Positions 1-12,585 of a stretch of DNA of 64,000 nucleotides are shown piece by piece. A program made the translations under genes and the position numbers. Position 1 is the stretch's first letter. Each line of letters starts with the position of its first letter. The notes beneath the pieces were generated by a model, which worked only from the letters and a program-made list of their open reading frames with translations, was not told the origin of the DNA and ran no database searches. Source of the stretch: Macrostomum hystrix (Eukaryota > Animalia > Platyhelminthes); contig CATNEN010000025.1 in NCBI GenBank assembly GCA_950097015.1, positions 7,378,001-7,442,000 of the forward strand, given 5' to 3'.

Positions 1-349
1 GCTTTTATGTACTAAAAATGTTGCTTACATAAAAATTTTAAATTTGATTAAGCTGAGTGAGTTTTAATACATTTTCAGTTAAACAAAATTTCCGGCATAA
101 ACCCGGAAAATAGAATGAGCAACTTGATACTGCGCTTGTAATTAAAAGTTATTGACTCAAAAATGTAAGGAAATATATTTGTATTTTATTTAATATTCCC
201 CTTGTTCTACTAGACAGGTCCTAAGAAAGGGATGAATTTCAGTCAATAGAATTTGATCGATAATACCGTCGGGAGTGTGCCATCAAGCTTTAATCCTCAG
301 CTTAGCAGCTGCGACGGGACCACGGAGAAATAATGGCCGGTAATTATTT

Positions 350-2751
350 TTATCCGAACTGCACTTGTCCCTGAGGAACAAGGTGGGAGCATTGCCACGG
401 GCTGTGGAGGCTGTTTAAGTGGGGATCAGGAGGAGCAGGGTATTTCTGAGGGTGCTCGAACTGCGGACAACAAAGGATCCAGATATCTTCACATACCTCT
501 TTCGAGTGGGAGAGCGGACAGCGGAATGGGGATGTCTTGACCTGCGGATCTGAGCAGTAACCGGGAGGATGGGATAAGATACAAACTGATGGGATAAGAT
601 ACAAACTGATGGGATAAGATCCAAACTGATGGGATAAGATCCAAACTGATGGGATAAGATACAAACTGATGGGATAAGATACAAACTGATGGGATAAGAT
701 CCAAACTGATGGGATAAGATACAAACTGATGGGATAAGATACAAACTGATGGGATAAGATACAAACTGATGGGATAAGATCCAAACTGATGGGATAAGAT
801 ACAAACTGATGGGATAAGATCCAAACTGATGGGATAAGATCCAAACTGATGGGATAAAATACAACTGATGGGATAAGATCCAAACTGATGGGATAAGATC
901 CAAACTGATGGGATAAGATCCAAACTGATGGGATAAGATCCAAACTGATGGGATAAGATCCAAACTGATGGGATAAGATCCAAACTGATGGGATAAGATC
1001 CAAACTGATGGGATAAGATCCAAACTGATGGGATAAGATTAAAACTGATGGGATAAGATCCAAACTGATGGGATAAGATCCAAACTGATGGGATAAGATA
1101 CAAGCTGATGGGATAAGATCCAAACTGATGGGATAAGATACAAACTGATGGGATAAGATCCAAACTGATGGGATAAGATCCAAACTGATGGGATAAGATA
1201 CAAACTGATGGGATAAGATACAAACTGATGGGATAAGATACAAGCTGATGGGATAAGATACAAACTGATGGGATAAGATCCAAACTGATGGGATAAGATA
1301 CAAGCTGATGGGATAAGATACAAACTGATGGGATAAGATCCAAACTGATGGGATAAGATACAAACTGATGGGATAAGATCCAAACTGATGGGATAAGATC
1401 CAAACTGATGGGATAAGATACAAACTGATGGGATAAGATCCAAACTGATGGGATAAGATCCAAACTGATGGGATAAGATCCAAACTGATGGGATAAAATA
1501 CAAACTGATGGGATAAGATCCAAACTGATGGGATAAGATACAAACTGATGGGATAAGATCCAAACTGATGGGATAAGATCAAAACTGATGGGATAAGATC
1601 CAAACTGATGGGATAAGATCCAAACTGATGGGATAAGATCCAAACTGATGCGATAAGATACAAACTGATGGGATAAGATCCAAACAGATGGGATAAGATC
1701 CAAACTGATGGGATAAGATACAAACTGATGGGATAAGATACAAACTGATGGGATAAGATACAAACTGATGGGATAAGATCCAAACTGATGGGATAAGATA
1801 CAAACTGATGGGATAAGATCCAAACTGATGGGATAAGATCCAAACTGATGCGATAAGATACAAACTGATGGGATAAGATACAAACTGATGGGATAAGATA
1901 CAAACTGATGGGATAAGATCCAAACTGATGGGATAAGATACAAACTGATGGGATAAGATCCAAACTGATGGGATAAGATCCAAACTGATGCGATAAGATA
2001 CAAACTGATGGGATAAGATACAAACTGATGGGATAAGATCCAAACTGATGGGATAAGATCCAAACTGATGGGATAAGATACAAACTGATGGGATAAGATA
2101 CAAACTGATGGGATAAGATCCAAACTGATGGGATAAGATACAAACTGATGGGATAAGATCCAAACTGATGGGATAAGATCCAAACTGATGGGATAAAATA
2201 CAAACTGATGGGATAAGATCCAAACTGATGGGATAAGATCCAAACTGATGGGATAAGATCCAAACTGATGGGATAAGATCCAAACTGATGGGATAAGATC
2301 CAAACTGATGGGATAAGATCCAAACTGATGGGATAAGATACAAACTGATGGGATAAGATCCAAACTGATGGGATAAGATCCAAACCGATGTTTCTTTTAA
2401 AACACCTAGGTGACGATTTCCTAAATCAGGGGATAAATGAAGAGGATAATTTTCTACAATAAGGAATAACATTTAAACGGAGGGTGAATTGGGGATAAAA
2501 TTCAGGTTTATTGATATTAATTAGTATACAAACAAAATCTTGTCAAATAGAGCTGCTATACTCTATTTTTAAAAGGGAGGAACTAACAGACACTTGTGGC
2601 CCTAAAAAGGGCCGTTTAAATTGCCTTTGAACTAGAAATTGTTTACGAAAACCCGACGAATCGCTTCCTACTTACCTGTTTTAGATATTGACGCACTTTA
2701 GAAGTGATTCCGATGCAGGGCGGATGCAGGTATTTTAGTGTCAGATTGTCC
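350..2751 (-). CDS. Putative 3' exons of an unidentified gene (exons 2676-2751, 497-541, 350-460)
   Basis: GT-AG junctions (cacag|G...CAG|gtaagt; ccgcag|GTC...GAG|gtatgt; ccgcag|TTC) join in phase to DNLTLKYLHPPCIGITSKVRQYLKQ-VKTSPFRCPLSHSKE-FEHPQKYPAPPDPHLNSLHSPWQCSHLVPQGQVQFG*. No family recognised; 5' exons not found. Confidence 0.4.
567..2386. repeat. 20-bp minisatellite (GATGGGATAAGATMCAAACT)n, about 90 copies
   Basis: Direct inspection; produces the spurious 20-aa periodic ORFs. Confidence 0.97.
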
Positions 2752-3557
2752 CTGTGCTTTATACTAGTAAATTACTGGGATCCGGGAGAAAGTTTTGCCG
2801 ACAATGTTAGAAAAAAGCAGGGGCACGACGAGGATTTTTAGTCGATCAAAAAACTGACAGCCCTGTCAGGTGGGTTGGGCTGCCAGGTAGAGAAATCAGT
2901 ATAGGATAATTTTGGTCACAATGATGTGTGTTGCCGAGTCGCAGAGTATGTGCTGCCTAATGCATTTTTATAAGCAATCGGCTCTGATTATTCCATGCCC
3001 TGGGGTGGTGGGGCTGAGAGAGAAACGAGACAGGACGAGACAGAGGCAAGCTTATAGGAACTATGCTAGCAGCATCCAATCCCTGTATTGGGAGGTAGTG
3101 CAATTGCTAAGTATTCCGGGAAAATGGCTCCCAATGTCACGTGACCCACTTTTGGTAGATTTATTGGAATTCGACACAATACACAGCTGGCTTTGCATTG
3201 TAATAAAGTGGTGAAGTGATGAAAGAAGAAATGTGAAAACATGGGATTTTTCCTCCGTTTAGATCCCATTTTAGTTCCGTTGAATACGCATGGAATTGTA
3301 GTATAGTCTGAATGTCAAAATTGTGGGAATTTAGTAAGCTCCAATTTTTCGAGATGGGATTCGGGATTGAGAGTTGATGTCATCTAACATCACTTTGTCA
3401 GATGAGATTCGGGATTGAGAATAGGCGAGATGGGATTCGGTATGCATGGCATTTAGGCTTTCGGTATGGGCTACGCTGACGCAGACGCTGCAGATGCACA
3501 GGTGAAGAGATGCAAACTGTATGAATTTATTCGCACGGGTGTCCCTTCGTTACCAGC

Positions 3558-3629
3558 GGTCCCATGGTGTAGCGGTTAGCACTCAGGACTCTGAATCCTG
3601 CGACCCGAGTTCGAGTCTCGGTGGGACCT
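3558..3629 (+). tRNA. tRNA-Gln (anticodon CTG)
   Basis: 72-nt GGTCCCATGGTGTAGCGGTTAGCACTCAGGACTCTGAATCCTGCGACCCGAGTTCGAGTCTCGGTGGGACCT; acceptor stem, anticodon loop CT-CTG-AA, T loop GTTCGAG; TTTT just downstream. Confidence 0.96.
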
Positions 3630-4561
3630 TATTTTGTCAGTGACCGTTTTTTTATTCATTTTTCACATCTTAAACTTTTTTTCATTCACATTCATACACA
3701 AATGATCCACAATATCGAGTAAAAAAGTATAAGTAAGTCAGTTAGGACCGGCTTTTTAATAATACTAAAGCTGATATCCACAGAATACACTTTTCTGTAT
3801 TCTGTGCTGATATGATATCTGCCTTTGTTGCACGGATGAGCTGAAAATAAAAATTCGCCTATATGTGGCGAAAAAACTATCATAAAACGCGTACCAAAGA
3901 CCACCGTATTCGTAGCTACGCCATGCTATTTTAGAGATCCATGAATTTATCCAAAGAAGTGATTAAAATGCTTTAAATAAAATAAGTCAAAACGTATCAT
4001 GATTCTGTTATTTTTATCGATATTTTCACTACGAAAAAACTGCCATCGGTAGTAGTATAAACAGTGTATTTGTGAATATTTGTAGTAGTGTGAAAAAATA
4101 TGAATGCTTATCACACATTTGGCTAATATAAAAAAGCAACAATCAAAAAGTCTAAGAAAATTTTCTAATCAAAATCACAGCGTCCGTTGCATCACTATGT
4201 CAGTTAATATTTGAGCATTAGTTTGTCTAATTCTAGCCAAGAAATAAAAGAAAGCCTAGAAAAGTCTGGATTTTGTAAGCACAAAAGTGCAAGCCATTTT
4301 TTAATTGTCTTGTGTTTTTGGAGTAAATGTAATATGATTAGCAAATATTTATCCAAATTGAATTCAATGGGGTTAAGATTTTTTAAAGATATAAATCAAA
4401 CAGAGTCGAAGACACGAAAAATACATTTTGTTAAAATCTGTGAAAGAAAATTAACAAAAAAACATTTGTTTATATTTATTTTAAATTAAGCTTAAATTTA
4501 AATTAAGGAGCGAAGGAAGGAGTATCAAAGAGGCCCTTAAGAATATGAGTTATTTAGGCAG

Positions 4562-6871
4562 CTAACCAGCAAACAGTTGGGTCACTGGTTGCAGTACAGT
4601 GCGCACAAACTGCACACAGCCGGGGGCCACATAGAAGCCGTCAGGTCCGCGCGCCTTCTCCATGCTGCACAGGTAGACAGCGTCCAGCGACTGCTGGCCA
4701 AAGTCCACAGCCTCAGAGCCGGCGTAGAGTCGCGGCGGGATGAGCCGAGAGCCCAGCTGCCTGGACACCGGGCGCGAAGTCTTCAACAGGGTGACGTGCG
4801 GTACAAAGTCGTGCGTCTCAAGCACCTGGATGCCGGCAGCGCGGATGACAGCCTGCAGGTGGTGAACGAAATCGGCCAAGCCGGTCGGGGCGGGATCAAC
4901 TCTGGCGTGCAGCACCCGGCCGAAGAAGCAGCCGAGGCCGCGCAGACGCAGCGGCTCCCGTGGCAGGCTGGCCAGCAGTTCGGCCCGGGCGGCAGACAGG
5001 GCTGAAGAGCAGGCGGACACCTGCTCTGCGCTGTCCAGGCGCAGGGTGACCAGGGTGCAGTGCAGCATCTCTGGCGGGATGCAGCAGGAGGCGAAGGCCG
5101 GTTGTTGGCGCACAATGCCGGCCTGAACAGCTGCAGCCGCGTCGGCCACATCCGGGTCGCTGACGCGCACGCAGACGAAGAAGTTCGGCCTGAGCAGATC
5201 GCGCCAGTAGGCTCCGCCAGAACCAGGGACGCCTCGGGACGGTCGAGCATTGCCGAATGAGTCGCCAGCGTCGGCCTCGCCCTCGCTGAGGCTGTCGCCC
5301 TCGCCGGTGCGCTGAGCCGCCAAGTCGATCACGCGTCGATCCAGGCGAACCTGAACTCCATCGTCGTCCGAGTCGTCGTCGTCGTCTTCGTCGTCCGAAG
5401 CGTTCTCGGCATCCGATGACGCTGACGAGGAAGCCGCCGAAGCCATTGACGCTTCGTCCGGATAGTCTTCTTCGCGATAGTTGGCAATGAGGTCGTAGAT
5501 GCCGGCGTCGGCTTGGACGCCATCGATTTCAGCGGTGCCAGCGGAGCCGAAGACCAGGTCGAGGCGGCGCCGCTTGTCCCAGATGACGGCACGTCGATAT
5601 TTGAAGTAGCAAATGCGGTGCCTGGGAATCACGAAGGTGTAATAGTCCACGCTGGCAATGTCCTCCCAGCTGAATTCGTCGAACTGCTTCTCAACGACGC
5701 CTTTGAATCGGTCCAGGTAGCCGATGACAATTTCTGACGCCGGAATGCCGGAGTCCCACTGAATGCGCTTCAGGACATCGTCAGCGGTCTTCATCGGCTT
5801 CAGCTTAGTCCTAGCCCCGCTAGACGACGCATCGGCGGCTGCGGCGGCTGCGGCGGCTCGACGTCGCCGCTTTGTTCGGGCCGACTCGCCGCGGCGCTGA
5901 CGAACGTTCGTCGCCGCTTTGGTCTCGCTTGTTTTCTGCTGCGGCGACAGCGGTGACTGTGGCGAAGTCGCGGGGACTGCGGCCTCGTCGTCGGGTTTGC
6001 CAGCTGCGTCGTCCGGGAACGCGCAGGCAGCCAGACGCTGAAGCATGGCGCGGCCGCGCAATTCGCCTGCCAGGCTGGCCAGGGCGGCCTCGGTGGCTGG
6101 CGCGGAGCGGACTGACACGCAGGGCGGTTCAGCCGGGTACTGCTCTGCCGAGATTGAGATGGGATGCAAATTGATCCACAGATGCTAGACAATGAAACTG
6201 TTAGATCTACAGATGCTAGACAATGAAACTGTTAGATCTACAGATGCTAGACAATGAAACTGTTAGATCTACAGATGCTAGACAATGAAACTGTTAGATC
6301 TACAGATGCTAGACAATGAAACTGTTAGATCTACAGATGCTAGACAACGAAACTGTTAGATCTACAGATGCTAGACAATGAAACTGTTAGATCTACAGAT
6401 GCTAGACAATGAAACTGTTAGATCTACAGATGCTAGACAATGAAACTGTTAGATCTACAGATGCTAGACAATGAAACTGTTAGATCTACAGATGCTAGAC
6501 AATGAAACTGTTAGATCTACAGATGCTAGACAACGAAACTGTTAGATCTACAGATGCTAGACAACGAAACTGTTAGATCTACAGATGCTAGACAATGAAA
6601 CTACAGATGCTAGACAATGAAGTTAGATCTACAGATGTAATAGACAGACCAGTTCTAGCCAGCTCTCACCTGTCAGCTGCAGTTTAACAGCTAGCTGAGG
6701 CGCCCGATCGCACGCTAGGCTGACAACAAACTGGAAGGCGCCAACATTCTCGATCACGCGGCACCGGACGCCTAGCTGGGCGCTGAGATTAGCAATCTCG
6801 TCAAGCACCTGCTGCTTAGAGTGGGGCTGGGAGTCGTTTGATTCTGTGGTGTTTTCGTTGGATGACGACAT
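4562..6871 (-). CDS. LENG9: LENG9-like protein: RWD-like N-terminus + MJ1316/DUF504 domain + acidic linker + AKAP7-type 2H phosphoesterase; exons 6670-6871 and 4562-6144, 594 aa
   Basis: Splice ACA G|gtgaga...cggcag|AG CAG TAC gives LQLTEQYPAEPP (RWD YPxxxP). KPMKTADDVLKRIQWD...IGYLDRF...IPRHRICYFKY...IWDK..RLD matches the MJ1316 pattern. Two HxT motifs (LHCTL, PHVTL) and C-terminal LCSM...DGFY of 2H enzymes. Confidence 0.85.
6181..6636. repeat. 31-bp intronic minisatellite (GATGCTAGACAATGAAACTGTTAGATCTACA)n, about 14 copies
   Basis: Direct inspection; lies in the intron of the LENG9-like gene. Confidence 0.95.
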
Positions 6872-7199
6872 GGCTGAAAAATTTCCAGTGCAGAGAAAGT
6901 CCGTTCTGGAGTAAAATATTCGGCAGCAGATAAAAATTCTAGGCTTAAACGCCTTATCTTGAAGAGACTATTTGGCTCAGTTTAGGCTCTAAATAAATAG
7001 CTTTGGCTTGGCTGGGGTAGACGGTGTTCTATTTTTAGAAACACGCGTCATATATTGCAACAGAATGCGCGTCGAGGTTTGGGGATTCCACTTGTTCTAA
7101 TTTTAGAACTGCGTACGGGTGACTAAAGCGATTTTCCATCCATTACTACAGTAATATTAAAGCTAACAATCAAGCTTACTCGAGTCCTGATATACAAAA

Positions 7200-7464
7200 A
7201 CAAATAATAATAAATAATAATTGATTACACCTGCCCAATTGGGCCAGATGTGCAGGCCCAGGCCAGATTGGGCCTGGGGGACGCCACACCCACCCTCAAT
7301 TACCCCAGCTAATTTTGGTACCCATTTAACAGCTGGGTGAACTGAAGCAATGCAGAGTTAATTGTCTTGCTAAAGGACGCAAACTGTTCCAGTAAAGTTG
7401 GGAATTGAACCTCCGACCTTCAAATCGTGAGTCCGACGCTCTACCCACAAGGCTACAACCTCTT
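7200..7464 (-). mobile_element. tRNA-derived SINE, copy 1 (CORE-like central domain)
   Basis: Minus strand: A box TAGCCTTGTGG, B box GGTTCAATTCC, central TTCACCCAGCTGTTAAATGGGTACC, (TTA)n-like tail; homologous to copies at about 31.7 kb and 57.7 kb. Confidence 0.8.
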
Positions 7465-8071
7465 GGCTTGTGGGTTGCCTGGTAAACAGCGCACGAGGTT
7501 GTAGCAAACACTAAAAGTGCAGGACACCGATTATAAAAAGTAGAAGTGATTGAACAACCTAAATTTTAACTACCAAAGCAGAAAGCTGAAATCATGTTCC
7601 TTCGTGCTTTAGATTCCTTTCACAAGCTAAATGCAATCATTTAGCCTTTTCTTAAAAAAACGGCAATAATTTCCCAATGCTTTTCTATAAGTAACAAGTA
7701 CAACATTTGAAACGAACGAAACAAAGCGAAATATCGCTGGCGCTGAGTGCAACTATAAAGGTTTTTGCTATATTACAGGCTTATACGAGCGTATATTAAC
7801 CAGCAAAAATACCATTACATTTTTTCCGTAACGAAATGAAAACTTTCAATCATTTGGAGCGAAACTACTAATTATACTATTTCATGGTCACTTTAAATGA
7901 AACAACAATCTGTGTGAATGCCTAGAAAGAAACTACGAGAACAAGCATGTAAGAAATGTCTCGCTTAATTTCATGGTGACGTAAAATTATATCACTTTAG
8001 CATAAACTTTTAATTAATAAATAGAATTTAATTATTCCGGATCAAGCTCGACTTTTGGAGTTTTACAAGCC

Positions 8072-9030
8072 TAAACACGGGACTAACAATAGGGATCAAG
8101 CCTAAAACTGGGACTAACAATAGGGATCAAGCCTAAAACTGGGACTAACAATAGGGATCAAGCCTAAAACTGGGACTAACAATAGGGATCAAGCCTAAAA
8201 CTGGGACTAACAATAGGGATCAAGCCTAAACTGGGACTAACAATAGGGATCAAGCCTAAAACTGGGACTAACAATAGGGATCAAGCCTAAAACTGGGACT
8301 AACAATAGGGATCAAGCCTAAACTGGGACTAACAATAGGGATCAAGCCTAAAACTGGGACTAACAATAGGGATCAAGCCTAAAACTGGGACTAACAATAG
8401 GTATCAAGCCTAAAACTGGGACTAACAATAGGGATCAAGCCTAAACTCGGGACTAACAATAGGGATCAAGCCTAAAACTGGGACTAACAATAGGGATCAA
8501 GCCTAAACTCGGGACTAAGAATCGGGATCAAGCATTAAACCTGGGACTGACAATTGGGATCAAGCCTTAAACCTGGGACTGACAATTGGGATCAAGCCTA
8601 AAACTGGGACTAACAATAGGGATCAAGCCTAAAACTGGGACTAACAATAGGGATCAAGCCTAAACTCGGGACTAAGAATCGGGATCAAGCATTAAACCTG
8701 GGACTGACAATTGGGATCAAGGCTAATCCTGGGACTAAGAATCGGGATCAAGCCTAAACTCTGGACTAAGAATTGGGATTTAGCCTAAACTCTGGACTAA
8801 GAATTGGGATTAAGCCTAAACTCGGGACTAAGAATCGGGATCAAGCCTAAAACTGGGACTAAGAATCGGGATCAAGCCTAAACTCTGGACTAAGAATTGG
8901 GATTTAGCCTAAACTCTGGACTAAGAATCGGGATCAAGCTTAAAACTGGGACTAAGAATCGGGATCAAGTCTAAAGCTGGGACAAAGAGTCGGGATCAAG
9001 AATAATCTCGGGACTAGGAATCGGGATCAA
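8072..9030 (+). repeat. 30-31-bp minisatellite (GGGATCAAGCCTAAAACTGGGACTAACAATA / ...AAGAATC)n
   Basis: Direct inspection; same family occurs reverse-complemented at 18575-19112. Confidence 0.95.
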
Positions 9031-9130
9031 GTTAAAGTCCTACCTAAGAAACCTGACCAACACTACTCGAGCTGTACTAACAATCGATATCTACTGACAA
9101 AAAAGGCCAGCATGCAAGCCATCCGGGCAG

Positions 9131-9448
9131 TCAGTTGGTCCTGGACTTTCTCTGCGCGTCCTGCATTGCCCGACTGTCCTCCCAAGGCCGCGGTCCGCGC
9201 AGATTGTCCCACTTGTTGATGTCCCGTTCGCCCAGCATATCGTTGAGCATCTTAGTAGAATCCGGGTGTTTAACAGCCGCATCATAGTAGGAATTCGTCT
9301 GCAAGGCCTTGATCCTGGACAGCCTGTAGCGAACATCAGACAGTGAGCCAAGCATGAAGGCTAAGCCAATTAAGCCGCCTAGGAATGGCAGGCCGGGTCT
9401 GATTATTGATAAGAATAGGCCGCTGCTTTTGCCACTGCCCCGGTTCAT
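9131..9448 (-). CDS. COX16: Cytochrome c oxidase assembly protein COX16, 105 aa
   Basis: MNRGSG...GLPFLGGLIGLAFMLGSLSDVRY (single TM) and C-terminal WDNLRGPRPWED, the COX16 signature; start taken at the ATG downstream of a polypyrimidine-AG acceptor. Confidence 0.88.
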   Translation of the reverse strand: MNRGSGKSSGLFLSIIRPGLPFLGGLIGLAFMLGSLSDVRYRLSRIKALQTNSYYDAAVKHPDSTKMLNDMLGERDINKWDNLRGPRPWEDSRAMQDAQRKSRTN

Positions 9449-12400
9449 TGTGCTTTTGCCCTTTATTGAGAGAAGTAAATTACTGAAAAGAAACAAGAAA
9501 TAATGCATTGCAGAAGAAACCATTATGAGGTGCATGTCACACTTTAAACTATAGAGTAAAAGGCAGCATTGCATTTTTATATAAATGGTACCGTAAATAT
9601 ATAAGTAAATGTATATATTTACTTAGATTAAGAAACCCTATGCTAGCTATAGATATGACGAATATCATCACCCTTCTTGGCTATTTATAAAAGCATAAGA
9701 TGACAAATAAGTTTGTAAGATTGGCATGTAGGTTTAAGATCAGTTGATTTTGGATAATATTATACAATAAGCTAGATTATAACATGCATACAATTTCTAG
9801 GGGACTTAAATGTGAGTGGTTTGCCCATAAAGCCATACATACTATTGTTCCATATCCATATGGATACAAATAACTACTTAAATCATATATTTAACCTTAA
9901 ATGAATAATTTTGCCGGCATTTTTTATTGTGTTTTTATGCATTTTTATATAGATTCTCTTTTCTGTAATTTCTTTTCTCATTAGAAATGGTGTGCTAAGT
10001 GTTTAGAAGTTTTTATATAAGCTACAATGTAAGCCAAGAATAAATTGTAGATCAAATCAAGCCATAAAGAAGGCTTCAATGGTGCATTATGTTAAAATTA
10101 TGTCCCCTAGGTCCAACCCAACACCCAAAGCATAGAGTAGTTATATACTGATTTATAATGAAAATTCAGGGCATATTTATACCCCCTATGACTATGTATG
10201 ACTGTATGCAAACATATAAAGCATGTATCTATATATTTATATGCAATATACTTTTACTTGTACTTATAATTATAAATAGTATATATTTATATTATAATAT
10301 TACTATGCTTGCATATCTCTAGTTTAGGAGTCAATGGAATAAGCTATATAGCCTTGTCCTGGCAGCAGCTATAGATGTAAGGTTACTATCAATACTAGAA
10401 AATGATATACTGGTACATATAACCATAATTGATTTGTTTGCAACACAAATTAGACAAAATTATATTTCTAGCCTAGCAAGTTAGCTAGCTTTAGCTAATA
10501 TTTTGAGGAACTGGGTTATTCAGACAACCAATTAGTAAACATTTGTGGGTTTTTATTGTTTTAACTATTGTTCTACCATGGCTAAAAGAAAAGGCACAAA
10601 CAAAAACAACTTTTTGTTTTAACTAATTATTATCATTCTTAAATTTAATTAAAATGTTGTTTCAAGTTTTAATATATAACACAAATCATATGCCTATATA
10701 TTATTGTTGCTTTTGTTTGCTAGTCTAATATAAAAATAGGTCTAGCTTTGCCTTATTGACTTTGATAGAAAAGAAGTAGAAATATAGGTCGTTCAGTTTA
10801 GGCTTAGCTTTTTAATGATGTTCACTTGACATCCTGTAACTATACATAGTATGTCAAATAGAGTAGAATAGAAATCGGAATGTAATGTCATGGCTTCCAC
10901 AGGCACGCTGCCTTTCGATGAAGAATAACCATTCCCTGAATGGTTGACTTAAAAAAGGAAGCACAATAATAAACATAATAAACAAACAGGGTTCCATGGT
11001 GTCTAATGCCTGGACTCTTGATTTACTGAGTTCATGAATTTATAAGTCAAGACAAGAACTTATCTTATAGTCTCTTATAGTCGCTCAAAAAAGTGAAAAC
11101 AGAACTGTCACGAATTTAGTCATTGCAACAACAAAAACACATAAATACAAAAAGTCTGCTGATTCCTGAATTCCTGATAAATTCCTGTCCTGCATATACC
11201 TGTACCAAAGGTACAACAGATATTAGTAAAATCACATTATTTGTTAAGAAATATATGCCACATTACAGCTAGCATGTCATGATTTCTAGGAAAAATCTTG
11301 TTTTGAATATATTTACATAAAACTATAATATCTACACAGTTTAAAAAGCAGTTTAAACTTCCTGTCTTATTTCCGCTTTTATATCTTGCTATTACAAATA
11401 AGATATATTTAAGGATTTCTTTTAGATACATGCCAGTCCAAACGCATGCAAATCTGTTAACCTACGTGAATGTAATTTTCCGTCGGGTCTTAAACTATCG
11501 AGAGTACTCTTTTCAGTCCTTCATCGTTGAAGATATTTTCAATGCTTTCCCTGCAAGCAAATTAAACCTGATGATTCATTTGTCACTTTAAAATTTTGTA
11601 TAGACTTATTTATCATGCATATATACATGAAAGATTATGATATGTTTCGTCGTATTCGCGTTAAAAGTGACCCTATGAACCTAATTTTTTATCATGCTTG
11701 ATTTGGGGCCGATTTCAAAGGCCACTACTTAGCTACTTTAGTTATCTACTTTAGTAGTCCTTGAAGATGATTACTTACTTTATATTTAAAATAAAGTTTA
11801 CAACACAAAAAATTCTTACAGACTGCATCATTTGAGGTCTGAACTGCAACAGAAAAAAATATATATCGTTTGTATTTTCAGTGTTGCTTCAACTATATGA
11901 AAAACCGATTGAAATCATTCGAAATCGAAGAAAAACTTAGTACTGAAAATTGTGCAGTAAAAAATGTGACGATCAAGTAAATTTGCAAACTGCATTCGCT
12001 AAAGTCATTAGAAAACAAAAAAACAACAAAAAATCGATGGTCCGCTTATTTCTTAGCAAGATACACCGTACCTGGCCACCTGGGTCGCTATATAATGACA
12101 AAATATTTTTTGTCGAAGAGAAAATGTATAATAGTCGATTCGCATGCCACATTTCATAGAAAAAAAAACAAATTCATGTTCAAGAAAGCAGAAAAGTGAA
12201 AAAATTAACTATGAAGGTAAGACAATAACAAAGGTGGTGTTAGGCGCGAAAAGGATTTGTGTAAACTAACAAAAAGCCATAGAGGTGTTGCCATCAGGTA
12301 CTTCTCTAACCCAGTTTAGTTTGAAATCTTTCTAGCACAAAGCTTGCCAGTGAAATCGTGAAATGAGTGAACGAAAGAATATGTACATAGATGTGATTAG

Positions 12401-12585
12401 CTAATTATGAGCTATCAATGATGGTAACAGAACAAATAAGAGTCAAATTTTTCCACCAGTTTTGGCATAGGTAACAAAACAAAATCGTGCGACCAATTGT
12501 GCGTCGTTTTAGTTAAGCCAATGTACGATATGTAGCGAAATTGTTAAAGAATCTAACCTCATAGTCATTCGTCAAGGCCAAGAAT

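Noticed and set aside
350-2472. 600+ aa ORFs with 20-aa periodicity
   Set aside because: Read-through of a 20-bp minisatellite, open in several frames; only the last non-repeat codons may be real exons.
3558-6871. Functional link between tRNA-Gln and the adjacent RNA end-processing gene
   Set aside because: Single tRNA about 930 bp away; eukaryotic neighbourhood gives no evidence of coupling.
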